From positions 1 to 64,000 of the forward strand of contig JAAILG010001137.1 in the NCBI GenBank assembly GCA_012026655.1: DNA of 64,000 nt, read 5' to 3'. The notes beneath the pieces are model-generated. The model worked only from the letters and a program-made list of their open reading frames with translations. It ran no database searches and was not told where the DNA came from. Each line of letters opens with the position of its first letter. Position 1 is the stretch's first letter. This DNA comes from Hydrolagus affinis (Eukaryota). A program made the translations under genes and the position numbers. Shown here piece after piece: positions 1 through 11,948 of this stretch.

Positions 1-559
1 CATTGAACAAATCTGTTGATGAAAGCCATTGGGATTTAAAGGAGATTCATAATTAATCTAATAACATGAACATCACACGCATATCTAAAGAACACTACGT
101 CTTCAATTCCATTATGCATGGCACCTGTGGAATATCAATTTGTCATAGTTATTCTGGTTTCCGAAATTACACTTCGCTCACAATTTGTCTAGTTTCTGAT
201 CAGGCTTCCTGATTTCTGCTTGAGTTCTGCTTCTGTGCAATATATGTCTGCAGCATTCATTTGGTTTCACTTTATTAATTAAAATAACTGGGTTATTCCA
301 TTTTGTTTCCAATACTACAATAGACTCAGTTTAAATGTGACTACACCTGGACATGATATTGTGAATTTTAGTGTCATATTCTAAATACACAGAGAAACAT
401 TTTATTTACTTTATAACTACTGTACTGCCATATGTTGTGGCGTTTTCAACATTCAGCCAACTCGCGTCTTGAATATATTGCCACCTTTGTGTGCAATTTT
501 ACCAAAAATCCTTCATTTTGCAATCACGTTTTTGTATTTTAGCCTTGAATTCCATTATG

Positions 560-850
560 TTCTTTTTTTCTGGTAACATTAACCACCGTTTTATCTGCTC
601 TGTTTCAAGTCTCTGGACATGTTTAAACGTCACTGCTTTCTTCCGACTGTCTTGCTTCCCACAGAACTTGCTATCATCTTAGACAATCTAGTTTCAATGC
701 ACTTGTCAAGATCATTTGTAAATGTTTTAAAAGAGCAGAGATTCTAAGGCTGATCCCTGGGTACTTCATTGACTGGAGCAGTCCAATTAGAACTGGATCA
801 TGTTCTCTTATTTTTTCCCCACTGAGAACAGACTCGACTTCCTCAGCTAA
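560..850 (-). mobile_element. Decayed CR1/L2-clade LINE reverse-transcriptase fragment
   Basis: Frameshifted translation SSNWTAPVNEVP-QGSALESLL-FKTFTNDLDKCIETRLSK--DSKFCG resembles CR1 RT motifs (W..V.SGVPQGS.L..LLF..FINDLD.GIE..LSKFADDTKLGG). Confidence 0.45.
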
Positions 851-1074
851 ATCCAATCATCACTTGATAAGACAGGATTGCTTATGGGATAATGCCTTTA
901 GGGAAAAACAACTCATATGCTGCCTGCCCAGATATAAGTTTTTTAAAGGACGAACCATTCAATCGAATCTCTCATGTCGTGGACTGAAACCTCTGGCATG
1001 GAAATACACCCTGGTTGGTGAGTTAGTGGGGGGGCGCCGCTATTCAAAGTTTGGAAGCCACTGGAATACACCAT

Positions 1075-1150
1075 CAACAACAACAACAACAACAACATTG
1101 ATTTATATCATGCCCTCCACGCCGGACGGCGTCTCAGAGTGCTTCTCAAT
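1075..1150 (-). mobile_element. L2-type 3' tail variant ending in (GTT)n
   Basis: Reverse complement AGCACTCTGAGACGCCGTCCGGCGTGGAGGGCATGATATAAATCAAT(GTT)n parallels the other L2 tails. Confidence 0.5.
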
Positions 1151-1553
1151 ATATCTTCATCTCTATCAGTATAGCACCGCACTATCGGTGTTTGCCTTAC
1201 AACATACACAATCAGTTTGAGACAGCCTGCTGATATAAAAGTCGCTTTATCAAACACAAAGAATATTCTCACAGGATCACGTTCTATTACATCCCCATTA
1301 CTACCCTCAGCACCAGCACAGCCAATTGCCACATCAACTGAAAGTTCTCAGTCAGCGAAGATGAAATGAACAAAGTGAATCATTCCATCTTTGTATACAA
1401 TAGTGAGTGAGATTTTAAACACTCCCACTCTACCTCGAAAGAATTGCATTGGGGGGTATAGAACCTGTGTTATAAGGGTTAATGGCGTGGGAGGAATTGT
1501 TGGCAGTGTTTGGATTGCAGAACAAGGGACAGCACCCGATGTGGTTAACTTTA

Positions 1554-1776
1554 TAATAATAATAATCTTGCAATTGATATTGCGATTTTCACATCCTATC
1601 GATGTCTCAAAGCGCTTCACAGAATATATTGTAAAGTGCATTGACGCAATTGGCTGTCACGTTTCGCCCACAAATATACAGTCAATTCACTTTACAGTAT
1701 ATTTCTGTGAAGCACTTTGAGACGTCTAGAAGACTATATATTCTACATTCCACATATGCAAAGGATTATTATTATT
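1554..1776. mobile_element. Two 5'-truncated SINE 3' ends joined head-to-head (1554-1645 minus, 1646-1776 plus)
   Basis: Both match the SINE tail (CAGTCAATTCACTTTACAGTATATTCTGTGAAGCGCTTTGAGAC...GCAAGGATTATT) in opposite orientations. Confidence 0.8.
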
Positions 1777-2524
1777 GTATCTCAACCCCACTTCCTCTGC
1801 CTCCAGCATCTTACGGGTACCTTCCATTCCGTCTCGGAAAGGAGTGGTGACGACCTTGATGTGTGACTGTGACCGTGCTCTAAAGTGGGGAGATGAAATG
1901 AATGATGGGGTGTAGCAACCTACACTTTGAGGGTTAATAACCTCCCTTGGGGGAATCCGGGCAGTGTAAGGATTGCAGCATGAGGCAGAGCACCTGAATT
2001 GAGTAAACTGATAATTAGACATCAGGGTTTGTCTGGGTTTCAGTATATTAGAGTTGGAGTTGGGAGAGATTACTCTATTGAGAAGGAAAATGCTTGGGTA
2101 TGTAAATGTACTGTAATTGAACCTTGTTCTGGGTGACTGAAGGAAGTGGAGGAGGGACTCTTGGAAACAGTGGAGAATAAAAGAACAGTAGATGTATAGG
2201 TGCTATTGTGTTTGTTGGATGTATTGAGCAATGGGAGTACCTTCTTACAAGGATGTTGGTACATAGAGGAGCACCAGGAGTGAATTTGTTGGGCTAAGGG
2301 GCTTGAGGCTAAATTGTGCAGACAAAAGAATTGAAGGTCTGGGATTGAGAAGCATCTTGAGGATATTTTATCCAGGATTTAGTCAACCCAGGGATATCAA
2401 TTCAGATTTCTAAATATTCTAATCATGATTGTGCAATAAATGAAGAACTAAGATTTCAGATTGGTTTCCAACATGTATATATTTTCAAAATAAATGTTTT
2501 TCTTATTGTACCTTTCCATATTTT

Positions 2525-2966
2525 CTTTTTAAAAATGCTTGTCCTCACCTTCAGGGCCATTCACGGCCTTGCCCCTGCTTATCTCTCTGACCCGCTGTCT
2601 CCCTGTCAGCCCGCCTGTCAGCCCGCCTGTCCCCTCCGCTCAGCAGGCTTTGGTCTACTCTGCGTCCACTGCCCTAACCGCCCCACCATTGGTGGCCGGG
2701 TTTTCAGCCTCTCTGCTCCCACACTGTGGAACTCCATCCTGTAATCCCTTCACCTCACTTCCTCTCTTTCCTTCTTCAAGGCTGGTCTGAAGACCTTCCT
2801 CTTCAACTGTGCCTTCTGCTCCCTTCCTAGTTCTTCCACCTCTCCTACTCTCCTTCCCCCTGCCCTGACCCTTCCCCACCACTGCTTGGGTCCCGACCTG
2901 ACTGTTTAGCGCTTTGGGACGTCCTCCCGACGTGAAAGGCGCTCTATAAATGTAATTTTGTTGTTA
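2525..2966 (+). mobile_element. L2-clade LINE 3' end (ORF2 C-terminus, 3'UTR, stem-loop tail, TTG repeat)
   Basis: LVLTFRAIHGLAPAYLSD...PLRS...GGRVFSLSAPTLWNSI...FKAGLKTFLF is the typical L2 ORF2 end; tail AGCGCTTTGGGACGTCCTCCCGACGTGAAAGGCGCTCTATAAATGTAATTTTGTTG. Confidence 0.9.
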
Positions 2967-3374
2967 AAAATGTGGTGAGTCTATACCAGGTATAGCAATT
3001 CACAGATGCATTAATACCATTGTTAACAATATCACCAAGTGTAGATCTGGAACTATGTTGGTGTGGTTCTTCTGGCAATCTAACAACATGTAGATGAGTC
3101 AACTCACTCAGAGGGTGAACAGTGCCAAAGCTGCTGTTTCTGTGGTAAATGTGTTTTGGTCAGTCGGGTGTCTGACACATGCAGGAAACCCGCTGCTTTG
3201 CTTAAACTTTCCAAACCAGACAGTCCAAAGCCCCCGCATTGCAATAGTTTAATTTAGCCTCGATCGAAGGAACATTAGAATGCCAAGGCGACACCACACT
3301 GAGGAACGCACACCACTCCAGACAAATGGGAAATTTCTATGTATGATTCAAATACATGTGTGGAATACATAGAA

Positions 3375-3620
3375 CATCGTCTGCCTTTTCAGGTGCATGT
3401 TAAAGATCCTACTCGCACTATTCGAGAAGAGAAGAGAGTTTCTCCTGGTGTCTTAGCCAACAATCTCCAGGTAGAATAGGTGAATTTCAATTCAGAATTG
3501 TTTGCAAGACAGTGCTGTCTGCAATTTAGCTGATGTGTCACTTATGCAAAATACAGACACATACACTCCCTGAATTGTTTTGAGGTGTCCTCCTGATGGA
3601 AACAGCACTATGCCAGATAT
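3375..3620 (+). mobile_element. Old Deu-domain SINE fragment (SacSINE1/AmnSINE1-related)
   Basis: CAGGTGCATGTTAAAGATCC...GCACTATTCGAGAAGAGAAGAGAGTTTCTCCTGGTGTCTTAGCCAAC matches the recalled Deu core. Confidence 0.65.
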
Positions 3621-5528
3621 CACCTTTTCTATGCCCCCAATAAAATGGTTTATATTATGTCTGTCCATGGTTGGAGCTGATCAGATGAGGAGAGAGATGT
3701 GTTCACTGTAGGGGCAACACTCATTTTCAAGAAGATGGGTTCCTCCACGGTTAATATTAACAATAGTTAATACTAATCACCCTTACAGTTGATATCAACA
3801 CCTCACCGCATTGCTGAGACGTCTCAAAGTGCCTCGCAGAATATATTGTAAAGTCGATTGACTGTGTATTTTGCGGCCGTTAAGAGCTATGTAGGACATT
3901 GCCTCGGGTTACCTGCTGCAATGCTTCAACAAGCAATTCTAAGGGTCACTTGACTTGAGCTTTCCTTAATTATACTGTAAATCATGACTGACATAGTAAA
4001 TCAGAATAGGGGCTGACCCCAATAAATATACCTGCGACAGAGGTGCTTTGTGAATACTTAAGAGTATCTTACTGATTTGTTCCACCAGAACATAACAAAT
4101 TGAGAGCAGTTTGGAAACATCTGAAGGAGATTACTGCTAAATGGAGCAGATTATTTAAGTGAAAATGTTTTTTTTTCCTCCCCTGTATTTTTTTTTAAAC
4201 TAGCATTATGCAGGCAAGGATTCAAACCTGTAACTCGTTGAACTTTTAAGCCACAACTTCTAACTGTCCACCTTCGAAGGTGGGAAAGAGGTTGAGGGGG
4301 CTGTTGGTAGGTAGTTAGCTAGGTCTCCTTGGTGATGAACCAGCTTTATTCCATTCTCTGTCCACTCTTGAAATCTGTTTATCCAGTTTTTGTTTGCCTG
4401 CTTCATCCTCTCACTCTGCTTTAATTTTGATTAGATGGAACCCACGAGAGGGGCTGTTGTGTGCACAAACGGGACCCACTTGAACTGGATCTTATCTCGT
4501 CGCATTTTTGTAGCTCTGGGATGAAAAATTTGCATGGGAGAGCGTGCTAAGGTACTGGCTGCTCCGATTTCACACACTGAACTGTGGCTACCCCCCGAGT
4601 TCTCTTTTTAGAGAAATTGAAGATGTGCTTTTGTGTCGATTCTTTTCATTCTGATTATTGACGAAAATGCTTGTCCCCGATGAGACATTTTAAAAATAAG
4701 CAAAGTTAATTTTATGCAGACGAGTGCAGAATAATAAGAGTTAAACCAAAAAGTTTGATTATTTTGTTAACTGTTTTACATTAGTAATTAAATAACTACT
4801 GTTTCTGAACTTATTACCTGTATTTTTCTAAAAAGGTAAACTTGACATCACTATTTGCCTACAAATTACACAGTATACACCAGAACAGTATTTCTGGTGA
4901 AGTTCTTTGCAATGTCCTCCTGATGTGAAAGGCTTGATATCAAATTCTAGGATTGTTATTTATTTCCCTATAGCAAGATAATTGGCTGTCCTTCAGTACT
5001 TTATCCATTTTACAAACCCAAGTGTCTGTTGCTTATTCTGTATTGTGTAATAACGTCACCCTAAACTGTTACATAATTTTCAAAGACAATGTACTGTTGA
5101 TAGACTTCCCAATGAAATGTAAGTTTATTGAATGCTAAGTTTTTATTCGCTTCATTCCCCCCACCCTCTATGGCAATTGAATGATTTTTTTCTGATCAGG
5201 GCAAGCGTTGGTTTTGATTCATCAGAAGCCTCCTGTTGATTAAGCCGTTGGTGAAATACAATCCTTGCAGAATGTAACAGTGGTCACAGACTGAAGGAAC
5301 ATAGGAAGCTGTGGCCAGCTGTTGGAATTAAGGTCTGGCTCATTGATTGTGTGGTCGGGCAAACAAAATGTTAGCAACATGAGGAGAGGCTGAAAAAAAA
5401 AACTGGCTTGCAGATTGCAATAAGGGACAAACAAATAAAATACTAAATTGTGGGGTAAGCAACCTTTGAGATTAAGCTATCCTAACCCCCTTGTAGGTCA
5501 TTGGTATTTTGCTGCACTTGTTTTTATT

Positions 5529-5604
5529 GGGGGGGTGGGGGGGGGGGCGAGGGGGGGTTGGGGGGGGGGGCGAGGGGGGGAGGATGGGGAAGGGTAGAGG
5601 GGGG
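5529..5604 (+). repeat. G-rich low-complexity tract with G-quadruplex potential
   Basis: Many runs of 3 or more G, including a duplicated (G)nCGAGGGGGGG unit. Confidence 0.8.
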
Positions 5605-6257
5605 AAATGAACTCTGTATTTAAAATTATGAGAGCCTTAGATGCAGATTTAAGCAGACCATTTGAATTGTTCTATGAGAGATACAGTTCTACATCAAGCT
5701 CAGCACCGACGAGATACCATCACACACTTTACTCATTAGAACTGGACAGCAGTAACCTTTTGAATTTTTTTTATGTTTGTCTAACTGTACTTAGTCTATG
5801 GAAACAATCTTTTAAAGCTTATAATAGGCTCCTCGAGGCCAACTGCGGGAAAGTTCCTTTTAATTTAATCATCTTAAAATACTGCATGTAATCTTCTCTA
5901 CCAGAAGATATGACAAACCATTTTAATGGCTGGAATTTAAGTGTATGACACATTTACTATGATACATTGTTATGGGTTGGTTATGCTCGAGTCAAATGCA
6001 TTCACTTCATTTTGATGAATTTAGAAATGTTCAAACGTTTGTAAAAGTCTACTTTCCAAAGCCCTCTCGGATTTAGCACAAACTTCAGCTCTCCTTTTCA
6101 AACCTTTCATCGTGCCTCTGACCAAGCCTACTTTCCCCTATTTCTATATCATTTCTCCATCACTACCTGCACCCAATGCAGCTCATACTCTCATTCATAC
6201 CTTTGCCACCTTCTGACTTGACCTTCGCTGCTTGCCAGCTATTCCACCTCCACTCTC

Positions 6258-6826
6258 AACAACCACAAAATTACACTTGTATAGCATGTTTCACATCGCA
6301 AGGAAGTCCCAAAGAAGCTACAAACCATCCACAATTTTGCAACCTATAATCCTCTCCCACAACCCAACTGCCCCCATCCTCACTTGGATCTATTGGCCCC
6401 CTCTCCTAATACTTTAAGATTCTGATCACCTTCAAATTCTTCAAGTTTTTTTTCTCTCCCCCCATCTCTGCAATCGCTTGTGACCCAACTCTCCCTTCGC
6501 TCTGCTAACTCTGGTCTGCTGCGTGCCTTTATACTTGCTCCTCACCAATGGCAGGTGAACATTGAAAGCCGTTTGCTCGGAAACACTAGAACCTGATATA
6601 CCTGAAGATGTTGTCAGAACGTTTGCTCTTACTTCATCATGACAGGTGACAAAAAAATTTGTCAGCTTCTCTCTCTGAATTTGAATCAATAATTAGTGTT
6701 GTTGTTGTTGGTTTTCTTACAGGCTCAGTGAATTTGTGTCATTGTATCCTTGGGTTCTTTTTGAAGTGCCTTGAGACATCCTTCCGACGTGAAAGGTGCT
6801 CTATAAATGTAATTTTGTTGTTGCTG
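6258..6826. mobile_element. Cluster of decayed L2 pieces (tail 6258-6315 minus, ORF-end remnant ~6490-6560 plus, tail 6765-6826 plus)
   Basis: Similarity to the L2 copy at 2525-2966. Confidence 0.55.
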
Positions 6827-7419
6827 TGGATGAATTAGGATGGTGTGAACAGAGATGTTCTCCTTATCACCACAACAGTGTTTGAGTATGTGTCTTGTTT
6901 TGTTCTCTCTGTGGAAGATTTACCTTTCGGAAACACAAGGAAGTGACCAGGAACATATGTGTACGATTGTAGTTCCTTTCAAAATAACATGACGAATTGC
7001 ATGGCAAATAGGTAGACAGTGGAATTTGAACCACTGTTCTTGGGAGGTGAATCATTCAGTAACCATTTAATAAGACGCGCTACACAACTGTATTGGAATC
7101 TCCAATTACCTTGTGTGGTTAACCTCACAGTTTAGTGTCTCAAATGGTATATTAAACTCTGAATTGGATTATCTGGGATCCGGGAAAGTGTTACTCGAGT
7201 TAAACAATGAAGCTGCTTACGATATAAAGTGTCTACAATTACTGTCATCTCAAAACATATTCAAACTTTCAGCTTCATGGCTGTGAAATGAGTAAGATAC
7301 TGTATTACTTATTTGATACTTCAAAAGGAGTCCTGATTGTTCTAAAACACACATTGCTTTCACCAGCAGTTTCAACATGTTTGAAGTAAAATCTGGGTAA
7401 ACCCACATATCTCAGTGGA

Positions 7420-7662
7420 TACTTAGGCAAGTTTACTTACTCCACACGCCTAATAAAAATCCCTCCAAAAAATCATAATTAAATCATTGTTTCACTTAAA
7501 TCCACGACTGTTTGTGGGGACACTGCTGTGCGCAATTGGCTGCCGTGTTTTGCCCACAAAAATATGGTCAATTTACTTTACAGTAGATTCTGTGAAGCAT
7601 TTTGAGATGTCCAGAAGACATGAAAAGTGCTGTATCAAATGCAAGGATTCTTCTTATTATTA
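7420..7662 (+). mobile_element. tRNA-derived SINE, head truncated
   Basis: Body GGCAAGTTT.CTTACTCCACAC...GCTGTGCGCAATTGGCTGCC...CAAATGCAAGGA(TTA)n. Confidence 0.9.
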
Positions 7663-7774
7663 CCAAGGTTGGATTTAGGACAGATTAAGTCGTGGAATGG
7701 TAACATTTAACTTGTTTGCAGTGCTGATGGAGAGATGGCAACAAGCTTCAGTTACACTGAAAAAATAGTTGTCA

Positions 7775-8051
7775 TTATAATACTAATATTCCTTGCATTT
7801 AATACAGCATTTTTCATGTCATCTCGATGTCTAATGCGGAATTGACTGTACATTTGTGGGTGAAATGCGTCAGCGAATTGCGCAAAGCAGTGTCCCACAA
7901 ACAGTCGTGCATTGAAATGACCAATTTTTTTGAGGGATTATTATCAGGCATGTGGAGTAAGGAAATTTGCCCAAGGTTTCACCCTGCCGGGAATCAAACC
8001 CAAGTCTTTCATTAACCAGTCGAGTGCTCTAACCACTGAGCTATAGGACTC
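7775..8051 (-). mobile_element. tRNA-derived SINE with head (GATTCCCGG subfamily)
   Basis: A box TAGCTCAGTGG, B-box-like GTTTGATTCC, body and tail present. Confidence 0.9.
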
Positions 8052-8483
8052 TACAATAACAAAGTTGACAGTAATATTATATACATTGCATGGTGCTTGG
8101 AACACAAACTATTGCAAATTTCTTACATTTTCTACTTTTAAAAATGATTAGCAATTTACAGTTTTCACCCAACTATCAGGCATGTTCTATGGCTTACAAG
8201 CACAGTCATACTTTAGGATCTGCTACTTGATTGAAACACTTGCACTTCATTATCTGGATAGAGTAATTAGTTGCCTCAAAACATTCCACTAATCACTAAT
8301 CAGAGATTATTTCTGGATAAAATTACTGTAGTGGCCACAGAGACATTAATCCTCTTGTAAGAATGTCATCACCCAGAGTGAATTGAGATAAATCACATCC
8401 CAAATGTGAACTTTCAAACACTATGTGTTTATGTAGGAGTAGCTTGGAGATGTCTTGTCTGTCAGATTGCTCCATATATCTAC

Positions 8484-10582
8484 TTAATCCACGACTGTTT
8501 GTGGGGACGCCGCTGTGCGCAATTGGCTGCCGCGTTTCGCCCACAAATATAGTCAATTCACTTTACAGTATATTCTGTGAAGCGCTTTGAGACATCTAGA
8601 AGACGTGAAAAACGCTATATCAAATGCAAGGATTCTTATTCTTATTATTGATGGCAAGTAGATCGAAGGAACAGTATTTTCCCGTAAGAAATGTAGCAGA
8701 ACATTTGGAGTTCACAGGCAACAACATTAAGAAACCACACTGAGAGCGTCAACTCTTTCCTTTGTTCGTGCAGAATGGGGGGCCAGCAATTTTATATCAG
8801 GTTAATTTAGGGTGATTTTTTTCTGTTTGTTTGTTTTGCGTCATCTTTTAAAGGGATAAAATAATCTGTTGATGAGCGCACTTCAAATCAAAACCGAGAC
8901 CTGAATTACCCCCATCATATTACACTTCCAGGTTTTCCCCCCCCACCCCCCACCCCGGCCAAAAAAAACCCAATATTGGCATGAGACAAGTTAGACATTT
9001 GGAAACTAGCCAAGTATATTTAACATAAATAGCAGTGATGGAAGAGTGCATAATAGAATAGCTGTCTCACTGAGCCTGGTAAAATACATATGATGAGATC
9101 TGTTGGGAAATTGCAGTGAACTTCGGGAATACTAGACACAGACCTCCCTGTGCTAAATGTTCCCAGATGGGCAGCCAGACACTGGTTCCAGCATATCATT
9201 CTGACCATCTAATGGACTTCCTTAGCCTACTGGATCACATGGCCAATGTAACTTCCAATCCAATAAAACAGCCTTGTTGCATGACTCATTGCATGTGCAC
9301 CTTACACTTGCAGCGTTTCTTCCAAATGGGTCACTTCACAATGTAGAAAACAGGCACCAAACTCCGACTGCCACTTGTCGTTTTTTTTTTTAAAAAAAGG
9401 AAGCCGCAAATGACATGTTTTGGGTGGGAGAAACTTAGGCCAAGCCTCTTATTTTGTTGCGTGTAGAGCCTTCAATCACAAGCCTATCGCATCCAAGGAA
9501 AATCGCCTGCTGCACTTGTCTTTGGCACCAGTCGGAGGACCCTGTAAACTTGGAATTTATTAGAAAATCGGCAAAATCTATCTCGGTTGTTGTTGCATGT
9601 TTTCGAGACCTCGGTCAGAATCCGACCTCTGACCGCAGGCTGAAAGAGGACGTTGACAGACAGGGAAGGAGGTGAAAGCAGATATAACATAATCACTAAA
9701 ACACTAAATCATCGCATTTTAAAAATGAGAATTATTACTTTTATACTGTGGAAGAAATAGTTGAACAGTTTTTTGGGGGGGATTTGCTTTAAATCCCCAT
9801 ATCTGGTTTTCCAGGTTTGCTGCATCCAACGTTTGATATTAACACCACAACATCTTAACAATTGTAAATTCATTCCTGAGGACGATAATCATAATTAATT
9901 CTTGCATTTGATCTAACCCCCTATCGCGTCTTCCAGACGTCTCAAAGTGCTTCACAGAAGATACCGTAGAGTGAATTTACTGTATATTTTGTGGGTGAAA
10001 TGATTTAGAGTATATATTCATTGTCTTTAACTGTTGCATACTCCATGCACAAATGCAGAACATAATTGCACTAAATTTGAAAGACGATTAAATGCAAAAC
10101 ATTCCTCCCCCCCCACCCACTCACCTACAGGTCTGTGAAGATTTCTGAATGAAGATCTGCTGTTTATTCAGCCCGGTGTACACTTGGTTCACCAAATTGT
10201 TCACGAATCTCCCATTTTTACAATCCTTTTCCTGCCCTTGATTCAAACTGGAAGTGATGCAGTGGATGAAAGGCTCTTCAGTGAGTAGCTGTGTCTGAAG
10301 CATGTCAGCCATCATTAGGTTACACAAGCTATTCCCCTCGGGCTGCTGCAGTCAGGGTATTGGGGCTTGCCATTGTCATTTGTATTACAAACCTAGCAAT
10401 TTCCACTCTCCGAGTGATGTTGGCGAATCAGATGTGATATTTGCTTTTCAATCTCCAGGATCGCACTATTATCGCCCACAAATATACAGCCAATTCACTT
10501 TGCAGTGTATTCCATGCAGCGCTTTGAGATGTCTGGAAGACGTGAAAAGCGCTGTATCAAATGCAAGGAGTATTATTATTAG
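8484..10582. mobile_element. Three partial SINE copies (8484-8650 +, 9885-10002 -, 10472-10582 +); the span is not one element
   Basis: Each matches the SINE 3' half. Confidence 0.85.
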
Positions 10583-10910
10583 TGTCTAAGAAACCATTCG
10601 AGATCTAAATAGTTGTGTGTAAATTATTTTCTCTCCTTCAGATTGTCTTCCTGCCACACAGACACTCTCCAGCTGAGAGGATGGCTGACAATCTGTGTGC
10701 AGACAACTGTAACTGGGGCAAATGAGCGAACCGTATTAGTTGAGTAGTCAACTTGCCCTCTAGCCTTCCATCCATCCCTCCAGGGGAACACCTCTTCTCT
10801 GCCTCCTGATTCCCTCAGACATCACAGCTGAGACTTACATTGTGAAGAGTAATCGGCTTGAATCTATGCCCAACTATACCATGGCACTCTGCAGGAGTTC
10901 ATTAATAGAA

Positions 10911-11222
10911 CAACCACAACAAAATGACACTTGTACAGCGCTTTTCACATCAGGAGGACGTCCCAAGGTGTTGGACAGTCACTGTGTCAGACCCGAGCTG
11001 GTGGAGGGGGGAAGAGGGAGTGGGGGGGGGGGGATTAGGAGTTGCCGATGGGACCATCGAAGAGGAGAGTTTTGAGGCAGGACTTGAAGGAGGCCAGAGA
11101 GGGGGGTGAGGCGAGAGGGGCTGCGGGTGGAGTTCCGGAGGTTGGGGGCAGGGTGGCTAAAGGCTCACTCGCCAATGGTGGGGGCGGGTGGGTCGGGGGA
11201 ACGTGGAGCAGGCCAGAGCCAC
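10911..11222 (-). mobile_element. L2 LINE 3' end
   Basis: Reverse complement gives L2 ORF2 C-terminal sequence plus the GGGACGTCCTCCTGATGTGAAAAGCGCT tail and (TTG)n. Confidence 0.85.
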
Positions 11223-11623
11223 CTTAATGGGAGTTTATTAGCTCAACGTGAATAACTTACAATTCTTCCCTCCCTCCCCACTCCCAAAGCGGTGTCTTTT
11301 CTGCCTTCAATTTAACTTTAATTCCTCTGTTTTGAATTTAGTTACAATCGCAAGCCATTGCTGTTGAACATCATACGGCTTATTTAATTGCCTGCTAACA
11401 TGCTGACAGCACTGTATGCGAATTGAACTGTGCTGATGTGTAGATAAGCGGGCTGTAGCCCAAAGGTACAAGGAAAAGATAAAGTGTCTACATACATGCC
11501 TCAACGGTAGTGCCAAAATATTTGCCATTTACAACAACGTTTGTTTCTCGCAGTAACAAAATGCTTAGACATCGGGTTAGAGGCACAGAAAAGAAGAGCA
11601 CACTTTTCTTTCTGATGGTGAAT

Positions 11624-11948
11624 TATAATAATCACCATTCTTGCATTTGATGTAGCGCTTTTCACATCTTATCGAAATCTCAAAGCGCTTCACAGAATAT
11701 ACTATAAAGTGAATTGACTGTATATTTGTGGGTGAAACGCAGCAGCCAATATTGCGCACAGCAGCGTCCCCCACAAACAGTCGTGGATTGAAATGACCAA
11801 ATTATTCTAGGTTTTTTTTGGGGACGGATTATTATTCTGCGTGTGGAGTAAGGAAACGTGCTCAAAGTTTCGCCCTGACCTGCCTGGATTCGAAACACAG
11901 GTCTCACGCTTGGAAGGCAAGTGCTCTAACCACTGAGCTACAGGAGCT
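11624..11948 (-). mobile_element. Full-length tRNA-derived SINE (resembles chimaera SINE2-type elements as recalled)
   Basis: Head GCTCCTGTAGCTCAGTGGTTAGAGCAC...GTTCGAATCCAGGCAGGTCAGGGCGAAAC, body, L2-like tail, (TTA)n. Confidence 0.92.

Noticed and set aside
1150-2400. Long nearly open frames on both strands in unique sequence
   Set aside because: Scattered stops, no recognisable motif and no consistent splice signals
4268-4283. 16-bp perfect palindrome CCACCTTCGAAGGTGG
   Set aside because: About one such palindrome is expected by chance in 64 kb, and there is no supporting context
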